Source: Candidatus Micrarchaeota archaeon (lineage in GTDB: Archaea; Micrarchaeota; Micrarchaeia; Anstonellales; Bilamarchaeaceae). Taken from it: a stretch of DNA of 64,000 nt. Shown piece after piece: positions 9,946 through 19,777 of this stretch (the stretch's first letter is position 1; each line of letters starts with the position of its first letter). The stretch spans positions 1 through 64,000 of the forward strand of contig JBBSVN010000001.1 in the NCBI GenBank assembly GCA_038046765.1, given 5' to 3'. The position numbers and the translations under genes were made by a program. The notes beneath the pieces are model-generated. The model saw nothing but the letters and a program-made list of their open reading frames with translations, had not been told where the DNA came from and did no database searches.

Positions 9946-10173
9946 GGGCTCATGTGGCAACCTGGATAACCGGCAGGGCTTCGAATGCCGAAGTCGATTT
10001 TGACTTTAAAATTCGGTTAGCAGTTACCCTGAGATGAGGGTTCAAAACCATTACTTTTGATCTTGCAATTTCTTGCGGCAAAAGTAAAGGTGTTGGTCAA
10101 AAGCCTTCACGTCTAAGCTAAGAACGAAACGCAAGACGCGAAACTTGAAGACTAGAAAATCCCTCTGGGCCCG
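9946..10173 (+). tRNA. tRNA-Arg(UCG) with introns at 37/38 (9985-10025) and in the T-loop at 59/60 (10047-10159)
   Basis: Acceptor GGGCTCA/TGGGCCC, anticodon arm CAGGG-CT TCG A|A-CCCTG, T arm GAGGG-TTCAAA|T-CCCTC. Confidence 0.88.
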
Positions 10174-10273
10174 TTTTATTTCTTTTTATTCATATTTTCT
10201 ATTTTCTTGTATTCCATACTTGTCCACCATAAATTACATATATTTAAAAATACTAATATTCACTAATTATAAC

Positions 10274-11158
10274 ATGACACTTAACTTTAAAGCAAATCCT
10301 GATGTTCGCTCAAAACAAAAAACTGTTGTTCTGGTTCATGGTTACACTGGGAGTAGGCGAGAATGGGGAAAGCAAGGGGAAGCACTTAGAGAAAAAAATT
10401 GTCGGGTGGTTGCTTTTGATTTAGCAGGCCACGGTGAATCCGTTTTAAATGGGTCAAATAAAACTTCTTATCTAAAGGACAATGCGCGTATTCTTGTGTC
10501 ATCTATAACTGCAATGGGGGTAGTAAATCCTCAATTTGTTGCACATAGTATGGGCGCACTTGTATTTCTTGAATATGCAAAACTAACTATTGGTACGCCT
10601 TTATTTCCGGCGTCTTCGGTTTTGGTCGCGCCAGAATTAGGTGATCCTAGATACTTGGGTCCAGGGGGTTTACTTTCAGGGAGTTCTCTTATCGCTAGAG
10701 CGCGATTAAATCGCTTTAACAATCTAGTCGATAATGGTCAATTTGAACCAGCTGATGATTCGTTAAATGCTACAATTCGACTTTTCCAAGCGCTTGGACC
10801 AGCAACTATGAAAACATTCGGGGCAACTGATGCTGCCGTTTCAGAGTTTAAGCAATATTTATTTCGTTTAAGAAATCTTGACCCACACGCGCGTCGAGTC
10901 GTTATGCAAGCTCAAATTGAAAGAGGCGCAGAACTACGAGCGCAATTAACTTGTAAAGAGATTCAATTGCCTAATCTTTTAGTTCTTGGCGGATCAGTAG
11001 ATTTATTGATGGACGCAAAAAAAGTCGCAACAATACTTAATGACTCTGGAGTTAAATATGTCCAAAAAATTATTCCTGATGCTGGTCACTTCATACATTT
11101 AGAACAACCTGAAACTTTTACTAATCTATTACTAAATTTTTTAAATATCTCACATTAA
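10274..11158 (+). CDS. Alpha/beta hydrolase
   Basis: LVHGYTG, DLAGHGES, AHSMG nucleophile, D, AGHFIHLEQP; start moved to ATG 10274. Confidence 0.88.
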   Translation: MTLNFKANPDVRSKQKTVVLVHGYTGSRREWGKQGEALREKNCRVVAFDLAGHGESVLNGSNKTSYLKDNARILVSSITAMGVVNPQFVAHSMGALVFLEYAKLTIGTPLFPASSVLVAPELGDPRYLGPGGLLSGSSLIARARLNRFNNLVDNGQFEPADDSLNATIRLFQALGPATMKTFGATDAAVSEFKQYLFRLRNLDPHARRVVMQAQIERGAELRAQLTCKEIQLPNLLVLGGSVDLLMDAKKVATILNDSGVKYVQKIIPDAGHFIHLEQPETFTNLLLNFLNISH

Positions 11159-11168
11159 AATAATTATT

Positions 11169-11396
11169 GGGGGGGGGGGTAATCACCTTCCTAAGCCAGT
11201 GATTACCATCATCCTTTATAAACCTTATTTTCCTATTTACTATTACTAATCTTTCTTATTATTTTGAAATTTTTTATTTATTTTTTAACTTAAATCATCT
11301 CTTCTTTTACCACACTAAATGTATAATTTTTACACTAATTTGATAATTTTATGTTATTTTTAACCTTTTTTTAATTAAAAATGTATAATTTTCACA
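11169..11396. repeat. Intergenic G11 run, 9-bp inverted repeat and three AT-rich direct repeats
   Basis: G run 11169-11179; ggtaatcac/gtgattacc 11178-11207; acactaaatgtataattttt (11312), acactaatttgataatttta (11332), aaatgtataattttcaca (11379). Confidence 0.6.
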
Positions 11397-11443
11397 GTTT
11401 AAAAACACAAAGCTTTATATATCTTAGAACTTTGTATTAAGTT

Positions 11444-12721
11444 ATGAATAAACTTTTTGTTACATTATTTATAATATTCACATTAACCATCGTAAACTAC
11501 GCTGCGAACTGCGAACCGGGGTTTGTTGATCAATTACAAATCCGAGCTTTAGATTCCAAACTAAGGGGAATCGAAAACGCAGTAATAAATGTAACCTATC
11601 AGGTAGATTCAACTACTGGAAAAGGTTACTTCACTTCCCCCGCGCTTACTACTAATGAAAATGGTACTGTTAGTATTCTAATTCGAAACAGAGAACAATT
11701 AGTTTCGCTAGTCGATTGCAACATAAAGATAAATGCACTTTATGCAGGGACCACTGTTTCAACAACTGTTACTGCAAATGCCCATCCAAGCCCAATTGAC
11801 CTTAAGTTTAATGCATATACACTTACTGTTCAGGTAGTTGACCAGACAAACCAGCCAATAATAAATGCCTCCATAATCATAAATAATATCACAAAGAAGA
11901 CTGACATAAACGGTGTTGTATTTTTGCCTGTCTTATCCGGTTCAACAATAATTTTAGTATCCTCTGGAGATGGCACTACCGAACGTACTGTTAATGTTCA
12001 GGATGATCTGCTTACTTCTATCGGTCTTGGATTTTACCCTCTAAATGTCTTTGTTGTTGATGATAATAATAACCCAATTCCAAATGCAAAGGTTCTTCTG
12101 GCAAATAAACAATATTTAACTGATTCGTCCGGATCATTAAAGCTTGAAAAAATATTTGGCGGTACGCAGACAATTACAATTCGTTCGGGTTCGATTACAA
12201 AAACTTACGATGTAGATTTATCCGTTGCGTCTAATCTAAAATCCATATTTGATATTACGCCCCCATCGATTGATAATTTAAACGTAAATCAAAGCGATCA
12301 GGGAATTAAAATAACCTTTAACGTATTTGATTCTGGTCAAAATCCAAGTGGTGTGGTTGGGTCTAATGTGCGGCTTAGCTATTACATTGATTCTGGTGTT
12401 GAACAAAAAGCATCTCTTTATGTGCGTGGCAAAACGCAATATACTGCAGAAATTAAAAAACCATCAATCGGAAGTGTGCTTAACTTTGTAATCGTTGCAG
12501 TTGATCAAGATCAAAATGCACAGACAGTCTCAGGCATCGTAACTGTTTCCGGTGGTCAAATTTTAAATAATACTAACGGGACTACAAATCCCGACCAAAA
12601 AAAACAAGATGGACAACCAGGTGGACAACCTTTTAGTCTTCCTTTGGATATTTTAGCAGGTATTGTTATAGTTATAATTGTTGTTTATCTGGTCTATCGT
12701 TTCAGGGGTGAAGAAAGCTAA
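11444..12721 (+). CDS. Cell-surface protein with Ig-like/carboxypeptidase-regulatory-like repeats and C-terminal TM anchor
   Basis: Signal peptide; repeated V.D....PI.NA.I......TD..G; C-terminal TM followed by YRFRG. Confidence 0.75.
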   Translation: MNKLFVTLFIIFTLTIVNYAANCEPGFVDQLQIRALDSKLRGIENAVINVTYQVDSTTGKGYFTSPALTTNENGTVSILIRNREQLVSLVDCNIKINALYAGTTVSTTVTANAHPSPIDLKFNAYTLTVQVVDQTNQPIINASIIINNITKKTDINGVVFLPVLSGSTIILVSSGDGTTERTVNVQDDLLTSIGLGFYPLNVFVVDDNNNPIPNAKVLLANKQYLTDSSGSLKLEKIFGGTQTITIRSGSITKTYDVDLSVASNLKSIFDITPPSIDNLNVNQSDQGIKITFNVFDSGQNPSGVVGSNVRLSYYIDSGVEQKASLYVRGKTQYTAEIKKPSIGSVLNFVIVAVDQDQNAQTVSGIVTVSGGQILNNTNGTTNPDQKKQDGQPGGQPFSLPLDILAGIVIVIIVVYLVYRFRGEES

Positions 12722-12805
12722 GGTTTTTAAATTGTGTGATATAATCTATATACATAAACAATCATAAAATACAAAATTTTTGTTTATGTCAAATGGTGAT
12801 TTAAT

Positions 12806-13543
12806 ATGCCAAGAGGTAAAAAAATAATTATTGAAAAAGAAATCGAAGATTCTGTAGTCGATGATTACAAATCTATGGATTTAGATGGGATCAAAAAAGA
12901 TCGAGCAGAAAAGGAAGCAAGCCTTACAAGTACTGTTTCAACTGTATTTAAGGCAGCACAAGACCTTTACAAACAAAAAGCCGGTGAAGATGAATTAGAA
13001 TCTAAACACAGCTTATACTCTGTAAAATCTGCTTACGATTATTTAAGAGGCAAGGGTGTAGATCTTTCATTTAGAGCCTTTGGAGGCAGAATTGAAAGAG
13101 GAACTATTGCTTATGTAAAAGTTGGAAGAAAGAGATTCATCCCTGGACGAATCTTAAATGATATTGTTGAAACAAAAGATGACTTTTACACAGTTAGAGA
13201 AGCTTATACTGAATATAAAAAATCAAACAAGGAAATTAACTTTAGGGCATTTATTGGAAGAATCGAAAAAGGTTCAGTTCCAAGCGTAAAGTTTGGTGTC
13301 CGAAGGCTTGTTCCAAAAGAAGCAGTAGAAGCTTTGACCCACATAAGTAATGATTACTATTCAGTAGGTCAGGCAGTTAAGGAACTTCATAAAAGCGGCA
13401 TTAAAATTAAGAGGAATGCATTTGAAAGACGATTGGATAGAGGAAGAATTCCACATGTAAAAGTTGGTGGAAGACGATTTATCCACGGTGAAGTTTTAGA
13501 AGAGTTAACTGACAAGGAAATTGCATTAAAGGAAACTGGATAA
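12806..13543 (+). CDS. Protein with three tandem excisionase-like (HTH_17) domains
   Basis: Three repeats Y[ST]V..A.........[FR].AF..R[IL][ED][RK]G.[IV]..VK.G.[RK]R.[IV]. Confidence 0.7.
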   Translation: MPRGKKIIIEKEIEDSVVDDYKSMDLDGIKKDRAEKEASLTSTVSTVFKAAQDLYKQKAGEDELESKHSLYSVKSAYDYLRGKGVDLSFRAFGGRIERGTIAYVKVGRKRFIPGRILNDIVETKDDFYTVREAYTEYKKSNKEINFRAFIGRIEKGSVPSVKFGVRRLVPKEAVEALTHISNDYYSVGQAVKELHKSGIKIKRNAFERRLDRGRIPHVKVGGRRFIHGEVLEELTDKEIALKETG

Positions 13544-13675
13544 AATTTCCTTTCTTTTAATTTTCTTATTTTATTTTTTATTTTTGTTGCTTTTCTTAGT
13601 ATTTGGTTTACTTTTTCTTTTTAAATTTTTTTATTTTATCTATCGTTTTTAATATCTTTTATTCTTAATTTATTT

Positions 13676-16057
13676 ATGGTAATAAGAAAAGCCTATTTTT
13701 TAGATGCAGACTACGTTTTCAAAAATGACCTAACTTACGTTCGTTTACAGCTTAAGGGTAAAAAAACAACTTTCTTATACTACCAAACTGACCCTTACTT
13801 TTACGTTGATGCGTCAACAGATAAAATTGACGATTTAAAGAAAATAACTGCACAAAATAAAGACGGCTCAATCTGCTCAATTCTTAGAGTTGAATCAGTT
13901 AAGAAAAATGTTTTTGGAACAGAAAAATCACTTCTTAAGGTATTTTGCAAGCAGCCTCGAGATGTGCCTTCTTTAAAACACAGTATTCCTTTTACTTGCT
14001 ACGAATACAATATTCTTTTTGGTAAACGGTTTATGCTAGATATGCAGCTTTCACCTTTTTCAGTTATCACATACGAACGGGAAGGTAATAAAATAAAAAA
14101 AATAATTAAAATTGAAACAGGTAAACCTCCTGATCTAAAGTCTTTAGCATTTGATATTGAAACATACAATCCGGTTGGTATGTCTAGGGAAAAAACCGAT
14201 CCCGTAATCATGATTAGTTATTCTAACTCTAAAAGCGAAGTTCTAACCAGCAAAAAAAGTAAGCATGATTTTGTTCGATCATTTACCAGCGAAAAAGAAA
14301 TTCTCGAAGGGTTTTGCAAAATCGTGCAGCAAGAAAATCCAGATGTAATTTTTGGTTATAACTCAAGTCAGTTTGACCTTCCATATTTACAAGCTCGTTC
14401 CGATATCCTAAATACAAAACTAGATTTAGGAAAAGAAGGCAAAAGAATAAAACAAATTCGAAAAGGAATGGTAAATGGGATGCAAATTTTTGGCAGGACG
14501 CACGTTGATCTTTACCCATTAGTTCGGTTTTTTTCATTTATTGGCTTAATAAAAACTGAAGATTTTACTCTTGATAAGGTTGCAAAAAGTCTTAATGGTA
14601 TGCAAAAAATTGACATTGACAAAAAATTAATCTATCAGATGTGGGATCAAGACCAGGTTGATACGCTTGCTGATTATGCGCTTATGGACGCTAAAGTAAC
14701 AGAGCAGATTGGTCAAAGATATTTAAATCTTTTAATCGAACTAGCGAACATTACAAAGTTCCCTTTATTCGACTTAGCACTTTCAACAAGCGGGCAGATG
14801 GTCGAAAGCGTCCTTATGTTTAACGCAAACACGCGAAATGAAATAATTCCTTCTAAACCTAGTGAAGCGGCGATAAAAGAAAGAACGCTAAACCCGATTC
14901 AGGGTGCGTTTGTCAAATTGCCTGAACCTGGAATTTATGATAACATCGCCGTAATGGATTTTAGAGGTCTATATCCAAGCATAATCGCATCGTACAATAT
15001 AGATCCTTATACAATTACTAAAACAGGGGATGAAAAAACATGTCATTACGCACCAAATGGAGCAGTGTTCCTAAAGCAACCAATGGGGTTAATTCCAAGT
15101 GTCGTTAACTGGCTTCTAGATTACCGGACTAAAATCAAAAAAGAGCTTAAGAACCACGATAAAAATAGTGAAACATACAAACAGTTAGATGCTAGGAGTT
15201 GGAGTCTAAAAATCGTTACAAATTCTATTTATGGTTACCTCGCTTATCCTCGTTCAAGATGGTATTCTCGTGAATCCGGGGACGCAACTACTGCGTATGG
15301 TAGGAAGCACATTACTGAAACAATTGCCGAAGCAGAAAAATGGGGGTTTCATGTTTTATATGGTGATACGGACAGCATATTTTTCTTATACAAAGAAAAA
15401 CAAAAAGTTCTTGAATTTGTCGAACACATAAATAAAAATTTACCCGAAAAGATGGAATTAGAACTTGAAGGGTTTTATCCAAGAGGAGTTTTTGTCAGTA
15501 AAAAAACAGGGTCGCAAGAAAAGGGCGCTAAGAAAAAATATGCACTCTTAGGGGATGACGGGCGAATCAAAATTCGTGGTTTTGAATTAGTTCGGCGCGA
15601 TTGGAGTGATATTGCAAAGAAGACACAGTACGATGTGCTCGAAGCAATCCTAAGGGAAGGTAGCAAGGAAAAGGCAGTAGCCATCGCAAGAAAAACTATC
15701 GAGCGGTTAAAAAAAGGAGAAGTAAGTTTAACTGAACTTGCAATTGAAACGAAAATAAGTAAGGATATGGATAAGTATGCAATAAAAAGTCCTGAAGTAG
15801 CGGCTGCTGAAAAAGCACAACAACGGGGAGTCAAGTTTGAAAAAGACAACATTATTTCGTATGTTATTACAAAGAAAGGAAAATCCATATCTGAAAAAGC
15901 CGAACTTCTTGAATTTGCAAAAGATTATGATCCGGACTATTACATAAATAATCAGGTACTTCCTGCTGTTATGAAAATTTTAAAGGAATTAGGCTACGAT
16001 GAGCATGCTTTAAAAATGGGAGGCGTGCAAAAAGGATTAGGATCATTCTTTGAATAA
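13676..16057 (+). CDS. polB: Family B DNA polymerase
   Basis: Exo DIET and YNSSQFDLPYL; DFRGLYPS, KIVTNSIYGY, YGDTDS, KKKY; C-terminal PIP-like QKGLGSFF. Confidence 0.97.
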   Translation: MVIRKAYFLDADYVFKNDLTYVRLQLKGKKTTFLYYQTDPYFYVDASTDKIDDLKKITAQNKDGSICSILRVESVKKNVFGTEKSLLKVFCKQPRDVPSLKHSIPFTCYEYNILFGKRFMLDMQLSPFSVITYEREGNKIKKIIKIETGKPPDLKSLAFDIETYNPVGMSREKTDPVIMISYSNSKSEVLTSKKSKHDFVRSFTSEKEILEGFCKIVQQENPDVIFGYNSSQFDLPYLQARSDILNTKLDLGKEGKRIKQIRKGMVNGMQIFGRTHVDLYPLVRFFSFIGLIKTEDFTLDKVAKSLNGMQKIDIDKKLIYQMWDQDQVDTLADYALMDAKVTEQIGQRYLNLLIELANITKFPLFDLALSTSGQMVESVLMFNANTRNEIIPSKPSEAAIKERTLNPIQGAFVKLPEPGIYDNIAVMDFRGLYPSIIASYNIDPYTITKTGDEKTCHYAPNGAVFLKQPMGLIPSVVNWLLDYRTKIKKELKNHDKNSETYKQLDARSWSLKIVTNSIYGYLAYPRSRWYSRESGDATTAYGRKHITETIAEAEKWGFHVLYGDTDSIFFLYKEKQKVLEFVEHINKNLPEKMELELEGFYPRGVFVSKKTGSQEKGAKKKYALLGDDGRIKIRGFELVRRDWSDIAKKTQYDVLEAILREGSKEKAVAIARKTIERLKKGEVSLTELAIETKISKDMDKYAIKSPEVAAAEKAQQRGVKFEKDNIISYVITKKGKSISEKAELLEFAKDYDPDYYINNQVLPAVMKILKELGYDEHALKMGGVQKGLGSFFE

Positions 16058-16073
16058 GTTTAAAGGTGTAATT

Positions 16074-16286
16074 ATGGTCGAACCTATTGCAAAAAGAAAA
16101 CCATCTGTTGCAGATGAATTAAAATTTTTAAAAGCAGAAGCAGTTATTCCAAAACGTTCTGCCCGAATCGCTGTCCCTAAAAAAAATGAAACGCAAGATG
16201 TATCTAGAAAAGAAGCTGAAAAACTTGCTGCAAGTTTAGAAAATGAAGCTAGAAAAATCGAAGCTAAAAAAGTAAAAAGGTCTTAA
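16074..16286 (+). CDS. Small basic hypothetical protein
   Basis: ATG 16074 after SD-like aaggtg; co-oriented with polB. Confidence 0.5.
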   Translation: MVEPIAKRKPSVADELKFLKAEAVIPKRSARIAVPKKNETQDVSRKEAEKLAASLENEARKIEAKKVKRS

Positions 16287-16288
16287 TT

Positions 16289-16639
16289 ATGGGATTATTC
16301 GAACTTTTAGATGATGCCACTAAGAAAAATTCCGCTAAAATCTGGAACGGCATGAAACAACTTGAAAAAGACCAGTTTGTTGATCAGGTTTCACTTACTC
16401 TTAGTATTTTAGGCAGTGATAAAGATGGTCCAAAATTTGTTACAAAAATTCTCTCTAATTTAGTAAAAGATGGTTCAAGCAATCTTAATGATTTTGGTCT
16501 TTACATTGAAACAATTCACGATGATGATAAGTTTCCAGAAGAACTAAATCAAAAAGTACATCGGGCTTTAAGTGTTGTTGAAGACTATCGGATTAAGCAT
16601 GCATTAGCAAGTGAACCAAGCAAGGATATAGGAATCTAA
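16289..16639 (+). CDS. Hypothetical protein
   Basis: Operon-like 2-bp spacing on both sides. Confidence 0.6.
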   Translation: MGLFELLDDATKKNSAKIWNGMKQLEKDQFVDQVSLTLSILGSDKDGPKFVTKILSNLVKDGSSNLNDFGLYIETIHDDDKFPEELNQKVHRALSVVEDYRIKHALASEPSKDIGI

Positions 16640-16641
16640 TT

Positions 16642-17673
16642 ATGTTAATTGAAGGAGAAAAATTAGACAAAATGCTCTTAGACGCAAAAACTGTTCTTGA
16701 ACAAAGCAATTGCAAAACTTTTAGTGTAAGCAGTGTAATTCCTAAAGAATGGCTTGTTGACGAAGAAAAAGAGTTCGACAAAATGATTACTAAAAGCAGA
16801 ACTGTTAAAGCCAAAATAAATCATATGCTAATTAAAGAAATGACTAAAGGTCAAACTAAAAAATGCACAATCGATGCAGATGTAAAAATTATTTTTGATT
16901 TTAACACCCACAAAATTAGTATTTCAAATGAGCCTATTTTTATTTTTGGAAGATATAACAAACTTGAAAAAGAAATTTCGCAGTCCCGTTGGCTATGTAA
17001 AAAATGCGAAGGCGAAGGTTGCTTTAAGTGCTATTATAAAGGAAAAAACTACACTTCGGTTGAAGAACTTATTGGAGAACATTTCAAAGAGTTGGCACAA
17101 AGTTCAAACTATTGTATGCATGCTAGCGGGCGTGAGGATGTTGATGTAATTAATACTGCCGGTCGTCCATTTGTTCTTGAAATAATGAATCCTAAAAATC
17201 TTTTACTTGATTTAAATGAAGGTGCTAATCTAATAAATGCTCAAAAAGAAGTTTCTGTTTCTAACCTAAAAAAAGTTCCACGCTCTTTTGTTGAACTCGT
17301 ATCAAACTCGCACTTTGATAAAGAATATATTGCAGAGGTTGAACTTGATCGGAATGTAACTAAAGAAGACGTGGACATTCTTTCTAATTTTAAGGGCGTG
17401 ATTGACCAGCAAACGCCTAATCGAGTTGCGCATCGAAGAAGCGATTTACTAAGAAAACGAATTATAAAAGATCTTTCGGTTGTTAGTCATGAAGCTAATA
17501 AAGTAAAAATAAAAATATTCTGCGAACCTGGTACTTACATTAAAGAATTAATTTCAAGCGATAAAGGTAGGACAAATCCAAGCATAAGTTCGCTTCTAAA
17601 GTGCGAAGCAAAATGCATTGATTTAATCGTTTCCAAGATTAACGACGGATTTTTGGATTTGGTTGTTTGTTAA
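16642..17673 (+). CDS. pus10: tRNA pseudouridine(54/55) synthase Pus10
   Basis: GRYNKL, SQSRWLC, SVEELI, HASGREDVDV, GRPFVLE, QQTPNRVAHRR, GTYIKELI..D.GRT.PS. Confidence 0.95.
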   Translation: MLIEGEKLDKMLLDAKTVLEQSNCKTFSVSSVIPKEWLVDEEKEFDKMITKSRTVKAKINHMLIKEMTKGQTKKCTIDADVKIIFDFNTHKISISNEPIFIFGRYNKLEKEISQSRWLCKKCEGEGCFKCYYKGKNYTSVEELIGEHFKELAQSSNYCMHASGREDVDVINTAGRPFVLEIMNPKNLLLDLNEGANLINAQKEVSVSNLKKVPRSFVELVSNSHFDKEYIAEVELDRNVTKEDVDILSNFKGVIDQQTPNRVAHRRSDLLRKRIIKDLSVVSHEANKVKIKIFCEPGTYIKELISSDKGRTNPSISSLLKCEAKCIDLIVSKINDGFLDLVVC

Positions 17674-17680
17674 ATCTATA

Positions 17681-19021
17681 TTATCTATATACCGCATAAC
17701 AATTTGTCCAGAGTCCTTTTTCTTTTACATACGCTATAAGCTTTTTGTGCTCTGTTTCGGTCATTCTTGGTTTTAATAAATCATTTAGTATAACTCCATC
17801 AAATTCCATCCAAAGGTCGCTTAAAGGTTGTACTTCGTTACCATTTCCTATTAATTTAAACCCCTTTACGAATGCATCAATCGTATCTTTCATTGCTTTA
17901 ACAACAGTTTCTTCTGGTATTCCCTTAGAAAAAAATCCTTTTCTTATACTTAGTTCCAGGATTTGACCCCTAATAAGTTCAATTCCTGCTTTAATTGATT
18001 GTGCATAAGCTGTAGCAGGTAAAGTTATTAGTTTATCTAACTTCTGGCCAACTCGCATATTTTCCGGCCATGCTTTTTCTGCATCTTTTGCCATTTGTTT
18101 TCCTTGATCCATTAATTTTGGATCAAATAATTTTTCGAATGGTTTGCCTTCGTGTTCTAATATTACTGATCTTTGAAACATTATTCTAGTAATATTTTCT
18201 ATTGCGTCACTACCTAAATAAGATAAAAGAGCATTATCTGAAATTAAATTAAAACCATCTATTTGGGTTGTTATTGGTACTAAGCTACCTGGGATCATGT
18301 CTACTTCTCCTGAACCACTCGCTCTAAAAGCAAGTTCAAGTTTTAAGTTCATAGGACTTACTATAAAAAAGTTGTCCCTATCTCCATTCAAAATTACTGT
18401 TGCTGGCATATTCGCTGTCTGGTTACCAATTTCATATATGTTCGCTGCATAAGCCTCTCTCCTAAGTGCTCGTAATATCGCAGTTTGTAATACTGTAAGT
18501 TCTGTTACTGGAAAATGTATGGGGGTATATTGTCCGATTTCTCCAAAATTTCTATCTGAAACAGGTAAATTTCTTTTAGGATCCACTAAATCTCTTGCAG
18601 TCATTGGTCCTAAGTATTCCTCTCTTGTCGCATTCTCACTGTTATTCACAAATAGGGTAAAATCCTCTCGTCCATAAAGTTTATCTGTATTCAATATTGC
18701 TTGTGCGATTACCCATTCTTGTGCAGTTACTTGTATTGGGTTAATCAAAATTCTAGGTTTAAGTAGATCTGTTACTAGTTTTAGTTCGGTTTCAAAGTTT
18801 CCTTTTGCTATCGCGTTTATATCTCTTGCAATTCTCCCAATCTTATCTAGTTCTGCTGAACTAAATGGCCCGTCTTTTTTCATTTCTCGTTCGCGTAATC
18901 TGTTCGCAATTACTTTGAAATCTTCTATGCTAAATTCTCTAGCTGCATTAAATGAGCATCTAACATTAACTTTGTGAATATTTCCGCAAGGTGTTGTTTG
19001 GGTTTGGGCGAGTCTGATCAT
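17681..19021 (-). CDS. Hypothetical protein
   Basis: 446-aa ORF with a leaderless-type TATA upstream; no motif recognised. Confidence 0.65.
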   Translation of the reverse strand: MIRLAQTQTTPCGNIHKVNVRCSFNAAREFSIEDFKVIANRLREREMKKDGPFSSAELDKIGRIARDINAIAKGNFETELKLVTDLLKPRILINPIQVTAQEWVIAQAILNTDKLYGREDFTLFVNNSENATREEYLGPMTARDLVDPKRNLPVSDRNFGEIGQYTPIHFPVTELTVLQTAILRALRREAYAANIYEIGNQTANMPATVILNGDRDNFFIVSPMNLKLELAFRASGSGEVDMIPGSLVPITTQIDGFNLISDNALLSYLGSDAIENITRIMFQRSVILEHEGKPFEKLFDPKLMDQGKQMAKDAEKAWPENMRVGQKLDKLITLPATAYAQSIKAGIELIRGQILELSIRKGFFSKGIPEETVVKAMKDTIDAFVKGFKLIGNGNEVQPLSDLWMEFDGVILNDLLKPRMTETEHKKLIAYVKEKGLWTNCYAVYR

Positions 19022-19122
19022 ACTATAATTGTGTCAAAAAGTCTTTATAAATGTATTCTTTTTAACTTAGTTTTGCTAATTCGATTGTTACTATTAAATA
19101 TTCTCCTGTCAAATTACTATTT

Positions 19123-19764
19123 ATGAATCCTAATCAATTAGTTAAACTGTTATTGCCATTGTTTCTTATTCCGCTGACACTGTACTCAGTTTCATTATTC
19201 GGTCATGATGCGGGAAATGCAGTAATCGGAATCGCGTTCTTTATTGCAGTTGTAAAATTTGCGAACGAAAGCGAACGTAAATACATGATTATTCTAGCTG
19301 TTTTTGCAAGCATATTTGAGAGCGTAAACGTAATTAGCGGAGGATATAAATACATCGGAGCGCCTTTAGTCCCTCTTTGGGTTGGTTTAGGTTGGGGTAT
19401 TTTAGGATTATATTTAGTTAAAAATGTTGAAACTTTCAAAAGTATAAATAATAAAAATGCGTATATTCTATCAGCTATTTTCTTTTCTGCAGTGTGGGTT
19501 CTAACTGGCGCAAGCATTCCTTCGCTTGTTTTCTTAGGAGTCGCTATTTCAACTACTTATGTTCTTAGTTTATCCTCCAAATTCCCCGCATCATTTTTCT
19601 TATTTACTGGAGTTATGGGGGTCGTAATCGAGTTCTTCGGAACTTCGGTTGGAGTTTGGAAATATTTCTTAAACGGTTTACCAATTGACCCGCCTTTACT
19701 CGCTTTAAGCATGGCATATTGTTCGGTTATCGCGTTTGGGATTTGGTTAAGTCGGATTGACTAA
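19123..19764 (+). CDS. Polytopic membrane protein with internal duplication
   Basis: Two halves with E......G..KY.....P motifs (FESVNVISGGYKY / IEFFGTSVGVWKY). Confidence 0.65.
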   Translation: MNPNQLVKLLLPLFLIPLTLYSVSLFGHDAGNAVIGIAFFIAVVKFANESERKYMIILAVFASIFESVNVISGGYKYIGAPLVPLWVGLGWGILGLYLVKNVETFKSINNKNAYILSAIFFSAVWVLTGASIPSLVFLGVAISTTYVLSLSSKFPASFFLFTGVMGVVIEFFGTSVGVWKYFLNGLPIDPPLLALSMAYCSVIAFGIWLSRID

Positions 19765-19777
19765 ATTTATTTAAACT

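Noticed and set aside
10145..10273. N-terminal extension of the hydrolase ORF
   Set aside because: Overlaps the tRNA 3' exon, terminator and TATA; ATG 10274 is better
11169..11400. Definite oriC
   Set aside because: No ORB consensus or adjacent cdc6; kept only as a hypothesis
13676..16057. Intein in PolB
   Set aside because: Normal length and contiguous motifs
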